A DNA stretch of 64,000 nucleotides from Desulfatiglandales bacterium (GTDB lineage: Bacteria; Desulfobacterota; DSM-4660; Desulfatiglandales; Desulfatiglandaceae): contig OY759599.1 in assembly GCA_963662465.1 (NCBI GenBank), forward strand, positions 5,632,001 through 5,696,000, written 5' to 3'. Under the pieces are notes generated by a model that did no database searches, was not told where the DNA came from, and saw only the letters and a list, made by a program, of their open reading frames with translations. The position numbers and the translations under genes are program-made. Numbering within the stretch: the first letter of the stretch is position 1; the number at the start of each line of letters is the position of its first letter. Below are positions 47,579 through 57,264 of this stretch, in pieces.

Positions 47579-50428
47579 TCACTCTTCACTTTTCGTAAAC
47601 CGTCCCATCAATTTCAGAATCGGCGGCAGCACGAACAGGCACGCCAACATGCCCATCAAAGAGCCCAGCACCATGATGCTTCCCAGGCTGGCCAGCCCCC
47701 GGTGGTGCGCAAACAGAAGCCCGCCGAAACCGATCATGGTGGTGGTAAAACTCAGGGCCACGGCGGTGGGGGTACTCGTGTAAAAAAGTCCGCCAACCCC
47801 GGGCTGCCTGGGACGATCCGCCAGCAGAGGTTCAATTTCCCGCCACCGGGCCAGGAAATGAACCCCCCCGTCCACGCCGATGGCAATGAGAATGGGAATG
47901 GCAAAAAAGTTGGCCAGATTGAAATGAAGCCCCAGCCACCCCATCAACTCCAGCAGCCATAGCATACTTACGCCCAAAGGTAAAATGGTAAGCATCACGT
48001 ATCGCACCGAACGGGCATAAGCCCAAAGAATCAGACACACCAACAGGATGGTCAGGGCCGCCGCCCGGAGAAACGTACTGTGCATCAACTGGGCCGACTC
48101 ATATACCCCCACGGGAACCCCACTCACATGAGGGGCCACCTTCCGCAGGGCCGCCACAAAATGGCCCAGCGCATCAAAATCCCATACGTCTCCCGTGGGA
48201 CTGATTTTGATCTGGTAGCTCCCATCCTTGCCCACATAGAGATCTCTGAGGCTGGGCGGAAGGTTTTCGGGCGTCACCGATTTGGCCCCGAGCCATCGTT
48301 TTAATTGTTTAAGGGATGTCATGATATCCCGCGCCAGTGCCGTCTCCAACCCATCAAGGCGACCTGCCCGGTCGGGATATCGCTCCAGTTGTTCAATGGC
48401 GGCAGCCACGGCTTCCATATTTTTTCCCACGAGGGGAAGTTCTTGTTTAGCCCCGGCAACAAAGAGCTTTTCCTCCAGGTTTTCCAGGGCCTCGGACAGC
48501 CGTAAAAGCGCTGCAATAAGCGATTTCGGGTTGAGAGGATGTTTTGTCGGGAATTGATCCGGGACTTTTTCGAGGGCCCTGGCCGCTCTTTGGTATTCCG
48601 CTGATTTTTCTTCCTGTTTATCCGGAATAAAATCGAGAACGCTTTCCACCCGGCCCACGGAGGGAATGGTCTTGAACTTCCGGGCCAAATCTTTGACCTG
48701 TTCCAGGGTTTTGGCCGAAATGATGGCATACCAGGTGCTTTCGTCGGCGGTTTCAACCAGTATCCTTTCATATTCCACGGATTCCAGCCCTCGGGCCTGA
48801 AGTTCCAGCAGATTGTAGTTGAAGCGCACCTTGAAGAGCCCGGGAAGGGCCAGAAGGGTCAGGACCAGGAGAATGCTCAACACCAGTTTAGGGCGTTTAA
48901 AAAAACGCTCCAGAAAGGGCATGGCGCTAATCCTGGGCATGGAGGAAGGGAAAAGCTTGTTTTTGCCGGCCAACAGAAGCATGGCGGGCAACACCATCAT
49001 CATGGATGCCAGGCAGAGGAGTACGCCGGTGCCGCCGATAAGACCCAGTTGCGCCAGGCCGATGAAGTCAGACCCCAGAACCGAATAAAATGCGCAGACC
49101 GATGTAACAGCCCCCAGAATCACCCCGGGGCCGGTTCTGAAAAGAGACGCCCGAACCGCATCTTCCACGCCGAGACCCTTGCCATGAGCTTCCACATAGC
49201 GCATGACCATATGAATGCCGAAATCCACGCCGATGCCCACCAGCACCAGGGCAAAAATCACGGACAGCAGATTCAATTCTCCCACGGTGACCGTGGCAAA
49301 CCCGAAACTCCAAGCCATGGCCAGGACCAGAGAGAACAACACCAGAAACGGCCTGAGCCATCCATGGAGGACAATCATGAACAGCACCCCCACAAACAGT
49401 ACGGCAATGACGGACGCCCGCGTCATGTCCCGGTCCGTGGTTTCCATCTCATCCGCCTGAAGCGCCGGTCTTCCGGTGAGCCCCACAGCCAGACCGGGGA
49501 ATTCCGCGCGGGTCGCGTTAAGGGCCTCGCGCACCACCGCAAGCGGCTTTCCGATGACATCCAGGGCGCCGAAATCCTTGATCGGCAGGATGCGCATAAC
49601 CAGCAATCGGCCGGAAGCGGAAAAGAAATACTCGCCTCCACCCTGGCTGAGATCAAACAGCGAGCAGTCGCTTTCCTTTCCCGACAAAGCCTCATCCACG
49701 TTATCCAAAAGGTTCCCGAGCAGCCCGAGGGCCTGCCCCATCATCGCAGGGTCCATATCAGTGACAAGTGACGCCCCCTGCCCCCCGACCTCCGACCTCT
49801 GACCTCTGACCTCTGACCTCCGACCTCCGACCTCCGACCTCTGACCTCCGACCTCCGACCCCTGCCCTTCAAGAAGCCCCGCCGCCATGCCAAAGAAACC
49901 GGCCAGGGACCCGTCCCGAACCCACTGATCCACGAAAGGCGCTAGAAAACGAAGGGTTCCGGAAAGGGTTTTTGCCTCTTCGGGAGAAGCAAAAAGGAGC
50001 GCGCCGTCGCCCAGACCCCGGGCCAAAATACGGTAGTAAACCGCCTGAATAAGTGTTGGGTGTTCCGCGAGACGCACATTCAACTGTTCCGCAAACTGAA
50101 TGGCCTGTTTTTTTCCTGCCTCGGTTCCGCCTGTTTGAATGACCACGAAAAGATATTCCTGGTCTCCAAAATTCTCAAGGTGGTCCAGATATGTTTTTTG
50201 AAAGGGAACGGAGGGTGAGACCAGGCAATCCTGATTGCTGTTCAGGTGTAGAAAAAAAACGGAAACGAGCGCTGAAACCAATGCCAGCACAATCCCTGAA
50301 ACAATAATAGCGCCGGGATGGGCATGAACCATGCGCCAAAGTGGGTTCAGCAAGTAATTCCGTCGTTTGGGGACTGGGTTCATGCGGTTCTGGCCGTTCG
50401 GAGTCCCATGTTTTTGACCGTTGCCCAT
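47579..50428 (-). CDS. hpnN: MMPL/RND hopanoid transporter (HpnN/BstA-like)
   Basis: GLTGRPALQADE, LNLLS..F...LVGIGVDFGIH...RY, N.ANFFA.P.LIAIGVD, TT.IGFGGL...HRGLASLG. Confidence 0.85.
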   Translation of the reverse strand: MGNGQKHGTPNGQNRMNPVPKRRNYLLNPLWRMVHAHPGAIIVSGIVLALVSALVSVFFLHLNSNQDCLVSPSVPFQKTYLDHLENFGDQEYLFVVIQTGGTEAGKKQAIQFAEQLNVRLAEHPTLIQAVYYRILARGLGDGALLFASPEEAKTLSGTLRFLAPFVDQWVRDGSLAGFFGMAAGLLEGQGSEVGGQRSEVGGRRSEVRGQRSEVGGQGASLVTDMDPAMMGQALGLLGNLLDNVDEALSGKESDCSLFDLSQGGGEYFFSASGRLLVMRILPIKDFGALDVIGKPLAVVREALNATRAEFPGLAVGLTGRPALQADEMETTDRDMTRASVIAVLFVGVLFMIVLHGWLRPFLVLFSLVLAMAWSFGFATVTVGELNLLSVIFALVLVGIGVDFGIHMVMRYVEAHGKGLGVEDAVRASLFRTGPGVILGAVTSVCAFYSVLGSDFIGLAQLGLIGGTGVLLCLASMMMVLPAMLLLAGKNKLFPSSMPRISAMPFLERFFKRPKLVLSILLVLTLLALPGLFKVRFNYNLLELQARGLESVEYERILVETADESTWYAIISAKTLEQVKDLARKFKTIPSVGRVESVLDFIPDKQEEKSAEYQRAARALEKVPDQFPTKHPLNPKSLIAALLRLSEALENLEEKLFVAGAKQELPLVGKNMEAVAAAIEQLERYPDRAGRLDGLETALARDIMTSLKQLKRWLGAKSVTPENLPPSLRDLYVGKDGSYQIKISPTGDVWDFDALGHFVAALRKVAPHVSGVPVGVYESAQLMHSTFLRAAALTILLVCLILWAYARSVRYVMLTILPLGVSMLWLLELMGWLGLHFNLANFFAIPILIAIGVDGGVHFLARWREIEPLLADRPRQPGVGGLFYTSTPTAVALSFTTTMIGFGGLLFAHHRGLASLGSIMVLGSLMGMLACLFVLPPILKLMGRFTKSEE
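49773..49863. repeat. Heptamer tandem repeat (GACCTCY) inside hpnN
   Basis: Ten GACCTCC/GACCTCT units at 49787-49856 plus degenerate flanking units; encodes GSEVGGQRSEVGGRRSEVRGQRSEVGGQG. Confidence 0.95.
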
Positions 50429-51756
50429 GCGGATCCGGGAAATTTATGGGCATCCTTCAAAACGTCGTCCAAGGCGCCCAGAAAATAGTCGGCATCGGCC
50501 TGGTTGATCACCAGGGGCGGAAGAATTTTCACCGTGTCGAGACCATGCCCGGCCACCTGGGTCAGAATATGGTGTTTCTCCAACAGGGGCATAGTAATCA
50601 TCTGGCAAAAAAGATCCACGTTCATTTTGTGCAGCAGTTTCCATCCCGTCTTGAGAGAAAGAGATGCGGGTTTGCCGAACTGAATACCGATCATGAGCCC
50701 TTTTCCACGAATTTCGTGAACCAGCTCATAACGTTCGGCCATTTCACTGAGCCCTTTTTCCAGATAAACCCCTATCGTTTCCGACTGTTGGACCAGGTTT
50801 TCCCGTTCAATCACCCGCAAGGTGGCCAGACCGGCTGCCATGGCCAGATCATTTTGACCAAAAGTGTTGGAATGGGCAAAACACCGGTCCATGCTGTCAA
50901 AGAGCTTTCCATGGATGTTGCGGCGTGTTATTACAGCGCCGACGGGAATATATCCGCCGGAGAGGGATTTTGAAATCACCAGGATATCGGGCGTCACATC
51001 CCAATGGTTCACCGCAAACATGCGCCCCGTTCGGCCCAATCCGGTTTGAACTTCGTCAGCAATCAGCAGTGCGCCATACCGGTCGCAAAGGCTTCGGGCG
51101 CCGGGAAGGTAGTCCGAATCCGGAACAAACACCCCTTTGCCCTGGATGGGTTCCACAATAAAGGCAGCCGCATCCCCTCCTGAAAGAGCGTTTTCGAGGG
51201 CCTCTAAATCGTTGAAGGGAATGGGCACGCAGTTGGGCAACAGGGGTTCGTTGCGTCCCCGGAACTCCTCATTCCCATTAACGGAAAGGGCGCCCAGCGT
51301 CAACCCGTGAAAGGCCCGTTCACAATAAATGATTTTGCTTTTTCCCGTGGCCTGCCGCGCCATCTTGAGGGCCCCTTCCACCCCTTCGGCTCCCGAATTG
51401 GTGAAAAACACCGCTTCCAGATTCCCCGGAGCCAGACCGGCCAGTGCCTCGGCCAGAAGTCCCGAGATGATGCCCACATCCATCTGCACCATACTGGCCG
51501 GCGCCATATCGATAACATCTTTTAAGACCTGAGCTACCAGGGGATGGTTTCTTCCGATGTTGAACACACCGAACCCGGCCAGAAAGTCAAGTACCTCCCG
51601 GCCCTGTTCATCCGTCAGCCGCGCCCCTCGGCCCATGGTATAATTTCGATTGTAACCGATCACCTCCAGCACTCGCACAAATTGGGGGTTCACATAGCGA
51701 CGATGCAGCGCGTAGGTTTCGTTGAGACGGCTTTTTACAAGAGATGCAATATTCAT
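50380..51756 (-). CDS. hpnO: Class III aminotransferase, aminobacteriohopanetriol synthase type
   Basis: YVNPQFVRVL, DFLAGFGVF, FTNSGAEGVEGALK, DEVQTGLGRTG, SKSLSGG; hopanoid context. Confidence 0.85.
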   Translation of the reverse strand: MNIASLVKSRLNETYALHRRYVNPQFVRVLEVIGYNRNYTMGRGARLTDEQGREVLDFLAGFGVFNIGRNHPLVAQVLKDVIDMAPASMVQMDVGIISGLLAEALAGLAPGNLEAVFFTNSGAEGVEGALKMARQATGKSKIIYCERAFHGLTLGALSVNGNEEFRGRNEPLLPNCVPIPFNDLEALENALSGGDAAAFIVEPIQGKGVFVPDSDYLPGARSLCDRYGALLIADEVQTGLGRTGRMFAVNHWDVTPDILVISKSLSGGYIPVGAVITRRNIHGKLFDSMDRCFAHSNTFGQNDLAMAAGLATLRVIERENLVQQSETIGVYLEKGLSEMAERYELVHEIRGKGLMIGIQFGKPASLSLKTGWKLLHKMNVDLFCQMITMPLLEKHHILTQVAGHGLDTVKILPPLVINQADADYFLGALDDVLKDAHKFPGSAWATVKNMGLRTARTA

Positions 51757-51902
51757 TATGTTATAAGATTCGCCCGGCGCAATTCGATAGAAAGCTCCAG
51801 CGAAAAGAGTTCCTTTCATTTTTTTTGGGGAAGTGTAAGAAAACCAAGGGGTCATGTCAAGGTGCAAAGCGAAGAGGGACCAACCCGCGCACATATCTTG
51901 TT

Positions 51903-53027
51903 TTACCCGCTTTTCTCCCCATAAGCCCGCCCCTTCCATTTCGCGCCCTTTCCCTGCCAATAGCGAATGGCCGAGGTCCAGGTCATGGCCAGGAACAACA
52001 TGCCGATTACGGGCATGAAAAAAGCCCATTTCCAGGACAACCGGTAGAACTTCAATGTGGGGAGATAGCCCAGCATCATAAAACAGAAGCCGCACAGGGA
52101 TCCCATTACGGCCGTAACGGATGGGAAAAAGAGACCCATAACAGGCATTCCAAACATAAGGATCATAGCGCCGGTCACCAACAGCAACAGGGTTACAGTG
52201 TAGTGCAGCTGATGAAAGGCGGTTCTGGCCACCATGTTCCAGATGACCCCGGGCCGGTCATAGGCCCGAAGGCTTAAGGCGGAGTGAGAAAGTCCGATCC
52301 AGGTGCGGCCTCCAATGGATTTGACCTTCCGGGCCAGGGCGCAGTCGTCGATCAGCTGCCCCCGTACCGAAGCAAAACTCCCAATGGCCCTGAGCATGTC
52401 GGTTCTAATCAGGATGCATCCGCCCGCTGCCGCTGCCACCCGGGGGAAAGAGGAGTTGGAGAGGCGGAAGGGGTAGAGGAGCTTGAAAAAGTAAATGAAC
52501 GCCGGCATCAAGAGTCGTTCCCACGGAGAAACCATGCGGAGGGACGCCATCAGGGAAATCAAATGGACCCGTCTGGTCATCATTTCCCGGCGAAGTCTTA
52601 CAAGGATGCCCGGTTTGAGTCCTATATCCGCATCCAGCAGGAGTACAAGGGGTGTATCCACCTGTTGGAATCCCTGCTCAAGAGCCCACAGCTTGCCGCT
52701 CCAGCCTTTGGGAAGGGGCCTTCCCGAAACAATTTTCAAATCGATTTCCGCCATATTTTCGGCAAGGGATGTCGTTTTATCATCGGATTGATCGTCCACC
52801 AGGATCACCTTAAGATGATTTCCCTGCGCCATGACGCCGGAAAGCGTGGTTTGAATCACTTCAGCTTCATTCCTCGCAGGAATAAGAACCGTGATGTTGC
52901 TCAAATCTTCCCGGCAATCGTCCGGTTCCCCATCCAGAAATTCCCGAGTGGACCAGGGCCGCCAGGGAAGAAGAAGGATGATGAGCCAAAGAAACGCTCC
53001 GATGAAGGTTAGAAGGGTCAAGTACAT
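51903..53027 (-). CDS. hpnB: Hopene-associated glycosyltransferase
   Basis: IPARNEA, VDDQSDD, GWSGKLWAL, DADI, AAAAGGC, LIDDCALA, IWNMVARTA, WKGR. Confidence 0.9.
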   Translation of the reverse strand: MYLTLLTFIGAFLWLIILLLPWRPWSTREFLDGEPDDCREDLSNITVLIPARNEAEVIQTTLSGVMAQGNHLKVILVDDQSDDKTTSLAENMAEIDLKIVSGRPLPKGWSGKLWALEQGFQQVDTPLVLLLDADIGLKPGILVRLRREMMTRRVHLISLMASLRMVSPWERLLMPAFIYFFKLLYPFRLSNSSFPRVAAAAGGCILIRTDMLRAIGSFASVRGQLIDDCALARKVKSIGGRTWIGLSHSALSLRAYDRPGVIWNMVARTAFHQLHYTVTLLLLVTGAMILMFGMPVMGLFFPSVTAVMGSLCGFCFMMLGYLPTLKFYRLSWKWAFFMPVIGMLFLAMTWTSAIRYWQGKGAKWKGRAYGEKSG

Positions 53028-53869
53028 GGTGGTATATCCTGTGTATTTTCAAAAGATGACGGAAATTCAAGGTAGTAATCCGCTTCCGTTTTTTTCCCCC
53101 GTTTCAAACAGCCGGCGCCGTAGATGCGGCACTTGCGGGAAAGCGTTTCGGTTGCGGATTTCCGTTGCGCTTCATTTAATGGGCTTTCCCGGAGCAGCTT
53201 CACCAGGGCTTTGATCCTGAATCGGTCCATCCCTTTAAAACGAGCGGACAATTGATCCGCATGCCCCCCCTCCTTGACGATGAGACTTTTCCCCATCAGG
53301 TAAACCGGATAACGGCACGCGATCCTGAGCCAGAGATCATAATCTTCACAGGCCGGTAAATCTTCATCAAAAACGCCCACTTCCTGAAAGAGTTCGCGTC
53401 TAAGCATCACCGCCGAAGGACTCACCAGACAAAGCGCAAGGGATGCCTCAAACACATCGCCGGAAAGTTTCAAATGCCGTTTTCCGGGATTGGCGCGCCG
53501 ACCGTTTCTGATCCATGTCTCTTGGGTCTGACAGATCATGGCATTGGGGTTTTGCCCAAAAAATGCGGTTTGCGCGCCGAGTTTATCGGGTAACCAATAA
53601 TCATCGGAATCCAGGAAGGCGATCAGCGGGGCGCTTGAAAGCGCAATTCCCGTATTCCTTGCGGCGGAGACCCCTCGATTGACATCGTGAGCGACATATT
53701 GAATGCGATCCTTGAATTGAGCCAGAACCTTTTCCGTATGGTCGGTGGACCCGTCGTCCACCACAATCATCTCATAGTCCGTAAAACGCTGGTATAGAAC
53801 CGACGAAACGGCTCTGGCCGTTTTTGCGGCCCGGTTAAAGGTGGGGATAATAACGCTGACGGCTGCCAT
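53018..53869 (-). CDS. GT2 glycosyltransferase
   Basis: SVIIPTFNR, VVDDGSTD, GVSAARN, AFLDSDD, CEDYDLWLR. Confidence 0.92.
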   Translation of the reverse strand: MAAVSVIIPTFNRAAKTARAVSSVLYQRFTDYEMIVVDDGSTDHTEKVLAQFKDRIQYVAHDVNRGVSAARNTGIALSSAPLIAFLDSDDYWLPDKLGAQTAFFGQNPNAMICQTQETWIRNGRRANPGKRHLKLSGDVFEASLALCLVSPSAVMLRRELFQEVGVFDEDLPACEDYDLWLRIACRYPVYLMGKSLIVKEGGHADQLSARFKGMDRFRIKALVKLLRESPLNEAQRKSATETLSRKCRIYGAGCLKRGKKTEADYYLEFPSSFENTQDIPPCT

Positions 53870-53881
53870 AACAAAACCCCG

Positions 53882-55600
53882 TTATAATAAGACGAGAAGC
53901 CCCGCCAGCAAAAAATTGGCTTCCACCAGGGCCTCCAGGGCAACCCCGGTAGAGAGCCATTGCTTTTCATAAGAAAAAAGACAAAGCAGCAGGGTCAACA
54001 GGGGGATGAGCATAAGACAAAAAAGTGAATTTACCAGAGCCAACAGGGTGCTGAATATCAGCAGCAGCGCCGTAGCCAGGAGAACCATTTTGAACAGGCG
54101 CAGCGTCTTTTTTTCACCCAGGGTAATGGGCAGGGTCTCAGCGCCCACCATCAGATCCCCCTGAAGCTGGAACAGGCTGAAAAGAATCGCCCTGGCGTAA
54201 CTAAATGAAAATACGACAAGGCAAGCCACCAAAATACTCAATACCGGACCGGATCCGCCACTGAAAAGGGGCAGAATTACCATAACCGCCATCCAGGCAA
54301 GCGCTTCGGACAGACTTCGTGATCCGGGAATATCTTTTATTTTAACAAAGCGATAGCGATTTTTAGTTCCTTCGGGAATCAGGGGGATACTGTATACAAT
54401 CCCCAAAAGGCTCAAGCCGATCAGGGCCATAAGGGTCCCCGGCCCCACCCAATAAGAAAGAAGCAGGGCAATGCCGATGGCAACCGATCCCATAAGGATC
54501 AACAAGCCTTTGGTGTTATTTTGAAACGTGGCGCGATCGGGATCATTGTAGGAAGCCGCCCCCTTGTCCAGAAACCGGTTGAAAACATGCATGGCATAGA
54601 TATAAAGGGCCGCCATGAAGGGAAAAATCAGACCGGTTTTTCCGCCCGCAAGACACAAGGCCGCATACGCGAAGGAAAAAGCGCCGAATGCCGCCGCCAG
54701 GTTGCTCAACACCAGGAATCGAAAAACACGCTTGACCCGGCGGACAAACGGCGCTTCTTTTCGGTCCCGGATGTTTTCTATTTCCCTCAGGACGTTTTTG
54801 ATAAGCCAGTGAGGGGTGGAGGCGCCGGCCGTCAAACCGATCACATCCATTTGCGAAAGGACTTCCCGGGGCAGTTCCTTTTCCGTTTCCACATGGAATG
54901 TGGGAAGGTTTTGTTCTTCGGAGATTTTGGCCAGTCGCTGGGTGTTGGCGCTGTGATACCCACCGACCACCACGACCCCTTCCACCTGTCCTTTAAAGGT
55001 GCGGACTTCCTGTTGTCTTTCATGAGTGGCATCGCAGATGGTATCAAATACCTGGATGTCCGGAAACCGATCCCGCAGGGCCGAAACAATCGCTTTAAAA
55101 TCTTCATCATCCTGGGTGGTCTGAGCAACCACAAAGGGATGCGCCAGTTGAGGGAGACCTGCCACATCCTCTGTTTTCTGGATGACATGGGCGGGTTTCT
55201 TGCTGTACCCCATAAGTCCGATCACTTCAGCGTGGTTTTTGTCGCCCACAATGATGGTGGAGCGATCCTTGCCGGACTGGTGGCGGATAATGGCCTGAAC
55301 CCGGGTAACCTTGGGGCATGTGGCGTCGATGACCTTGAGCCCCGAATTCTGGAGCGCTTCCCGTTCATGGGGCGGAATGCCATGGGCCCGAATGATAATA
55401 CGACCGGCGGTAAGTCCGGCGGCGTCATCAATGGCTTTGATGCCCTTGGTTTCGAGGAGATTCAGAACTTGTTTGTTGTGGATGAGCGGCCCAAAGGTAA
55501 ACAAGGGGCCCTCCTTTTTATTGGATTCGGCCATGACCATTTCCATGGCCCGGCGCACCCCCATGCAGAAGCCCGCTGTCTTGGCCAATACGACTTTCAT
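53882..55600 (-). CDS. ispH: HMBPP reductase IspH fused to a UbiA-like membrane domain
   Basis: AGFCMGV, IHN, RAHG, DATCP, TICDAT..RQ, GG..SANT, TAGASTP; C-terminal multi-TM domain with QGDLMVG.ETLP. Confidence 0.92.
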   Translation of the reverse strand: MKVVLAKTAGFCMGVRRAMEMVMAESNKKEGPLFTFGPLIHNKQVLNLLETKGIKAIDDAAGLTAGRIIIRAHGIPPHEREALQNSGLKVIDATCPKVTRVQAIIRHQSGKDRSTIIVGDKNHAEVIGLMGYSKKPAHVIQKTEDVAGLPQLAHPFVVAQTTQDDEDFKAIVSALRDRFPDIQVFDTICDATHERQQEVRTFKGQVEGVVVVGGYHSANTQRLAKISEEQNLPTFHVETEKELPREVLSQMDVIGLTAGASTPHWLIKNVLREIENIRDRKEAPFVRRVKRVFRFLVLSNLAAAFGAFSFAYAALCLAGGKTGLIFPFMAALYIYAMHVFNRFLDKGAASYNDPDRATFQNNTKGLLILMGSVAIGIALLLSYWVGPGTLMALIGLSLLGIVYSIPLIPEGTKNRYRFVKIKDIPGSRSLSEALAWMAVMVILPLFSGGSGPVLSILVACLVVFSFSYARAILFSLFQLQGDLMVGAETLPITLGEKKTLRLFKMVLLATALLLIFSTLLALVNSLFCLMLIPLLTLLLCLFSYEKQWLSTGVALEALVEANFLLAGLLVLL

Positions 55601-56586
55601 GTGGTTTCATCTCCTGATATCTTTTGTATGGCGGCAAAATACCGGTCCAGTGCCGCCATCATGGTTTTAAAATCCTGGATGTCGGTAAAAGCGCCGCGAA
55701 AACGGCTGCTGTGAGGCAGCCCTTTGGTGTACCCTAAAAGCAACCCCCGCATGAGTTTAGAGGCTCTGTTTTCACCAATGATACTTGACAGCAGCGCAAA
55801 ATGTGTCGCGATGACATTCCTTCTTTCGGGTAAATCGGGGAAGCGTGCCTCCAGACCTTGTTCAAGGTCCAGAATCTGCTTGAATATCCATGGGTTTCCC
55901 ATGGCGCCCCGACCGATCATAACGCCGTCGCATCCGGTTTCTTCCCTCATTTGAAGGGCCAATTCCGGTTTAAACACGTCCCCGTTGCCAATGACGGGAA
56001 TGGTCAGACTTTTTTTGACTTCCCGGATGATCCGCCAGTCCGCCTGCCCTGAAAACCCCTGGCTCACAAACCGGGGGTGGACGGTGATGGCATCCGCACC
56101 ACAATCCTCAATGATCCCTGCGATTTCAAGAAAATTCGCCTCATGGTCGGACCATCCTCCCCGGATTTTCACGGTCAGGGGAACCGTGCAGTCCTTACGA
56201 ACGGCCGTGACCATATCCCGCACCGCGGCCGGATTTCGAAGCAGCGCACCGCCGGACCCGTTCTTGACCACCTTTCTGGCGGGGCATCCCATATTGATGT
56301 CCACCATGTCGGCGCCTTTTTCAACCGCAATCTCGGCCGCCATGGCCATGATTTGAGGGTCTGCACCGAATATTTGTACGGAAAGGGGCTTTTCCTCTGA
56401 AGAACCATCCAGGTAACGAAAGGTTTTTTCATGGCCTCTTGAAAGACCTACGGCACTCACCATCTCAGTAACCACGAGACCGGCCCCCAACCGCTTGGCG
56501 ATCAAGCGAAAGGGCGGGTTGGTAATGCCCGCCATGGGGGCCATGATGAGCCGGTTTTTGAGTAAGAGATTGCCTATTTTTAACAT
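55597..56586 (-). CDS. dusB: tRNA dihydrouridine synthase B
   Basis: APMAGIT, DINMGCP, VKIR.GW, GNGDV, GVMIGRG..GNPWIF. Confidence 0.93.
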   Translation of the reverse strand: MLKIGNLLLKNRLIMAPMAGITNPPFRLIAKRLGAGLVVTEMVSAVGLSRGHEKTFRYLDGSSEEKPLSVQIFGADPQIMAMAAEIAVEKGADMVDINMGCPARKVVKNGSGGALLRNPAAVRDMVTAVRKDCTVPLTVKIRGGWSDHEANFLEIAGIIEDCGADAITVHPRFVSQGFSGQADWRIIREVKKSLTIPVIGNGDVFKPELALQMREETGCDGVMIGRGAMGNPWIFKQILDLEQGLEARFPDLPERRNVIATHFALLSSIIGENRASKLMRGLLLGYTKGLPHSSRFRGAFTDIQDFKTMMAALDRYFAAIQKISGDETT

Positions 56587-56689
56587 GGTGTCGGTTCACA
56601 AAGCTTGACGTTGTTGGTCTTGTTGCTATTCATGACATTTATTCCTGATCCGCGGACGACGCAGGTTTTCGCTGATTCTTTTTGGAGGC

Positions 56690-57110
56690 TTCGATCTGTT
56701 TCAGCTCCCGCACAGCACAGACCTTCAGTTCGGCCCGTTTGCTTTCCTCAATCGCGTAGTCGCTGGCCCCGTCATCACAGTTTCGTTGCCGCGTAGTATT
56801 GCGGATGTCGGCAAAGAATTTTCTCCTCCCGCCGCGAGGCGTCCGGCAGATAGACAAAGTTGCGGATCACATCACAGAGGCGGGTCGGGTGAAACAGACC
56901 CTTGATTATGGAATAAAGCGAGTCGATCCCGTCTTTTTCGATCAGGTCGCCGCCAGCCGTCTTGCGCCAGCCGTAGAAAAATTCATAGGGTGCAAAAAAC
57001 GCACCCGCCTTATTGCTCTCGTAGAGATCCGCCGCCGAATAGGCCTCCAACTGCCGAATCACCGCCTCGATTTCAACTGGCGTGATGCCGTCTTTCGCAT
57101 ACTGCACTTA
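56690..57110 (-). pseudogene. hsdR: Type I restriction HsdR fragment
   Basis: AGAFFAPYEFFYGWR...GLFHPTRLCDVIRNF...KILCRHPQYYAATKL; most of gene deleted. Confidence 0.75.
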
Positions 57111-57264
57111 TGTAATCGACGCTGTCGAGTTTAAGTGACCCGATTCCTATGTTTTTCGAAGTGAGGTACTGAATCCCATAAATTGTTCTTTCAACTTTGG
57201 CATGCGCACCATCACCTAGCTGGCAGACTTCTCCGATTGAAGTATGAGTCCACTCACTCCCCAT
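57105..57264 (-). pseudogene. hsdS: Type I specificity subunit HsdS N-terminal fragment
   Basis: MGSEWTHTSIGEVCQLGDGAH...YLTSKNI...DYIS, then joins hsdR sequence. Confidence 0.75.

Noticed and set aside
47560..47595. Short TTCACTY heptamer run, and similar short runs near 16950 and 27780
   Set aside because: Only three to four degenerate units; no function can be supported
49773..49863. CRISPR array
   Set aside because: 7-bp tandem units with no spacers, inside a coding frame
51757..52095. N-terminal extension of the aminotransferase ORF
   Set aside because: Overlaps hpnB; the family-like sequence begins at the Met at 51756
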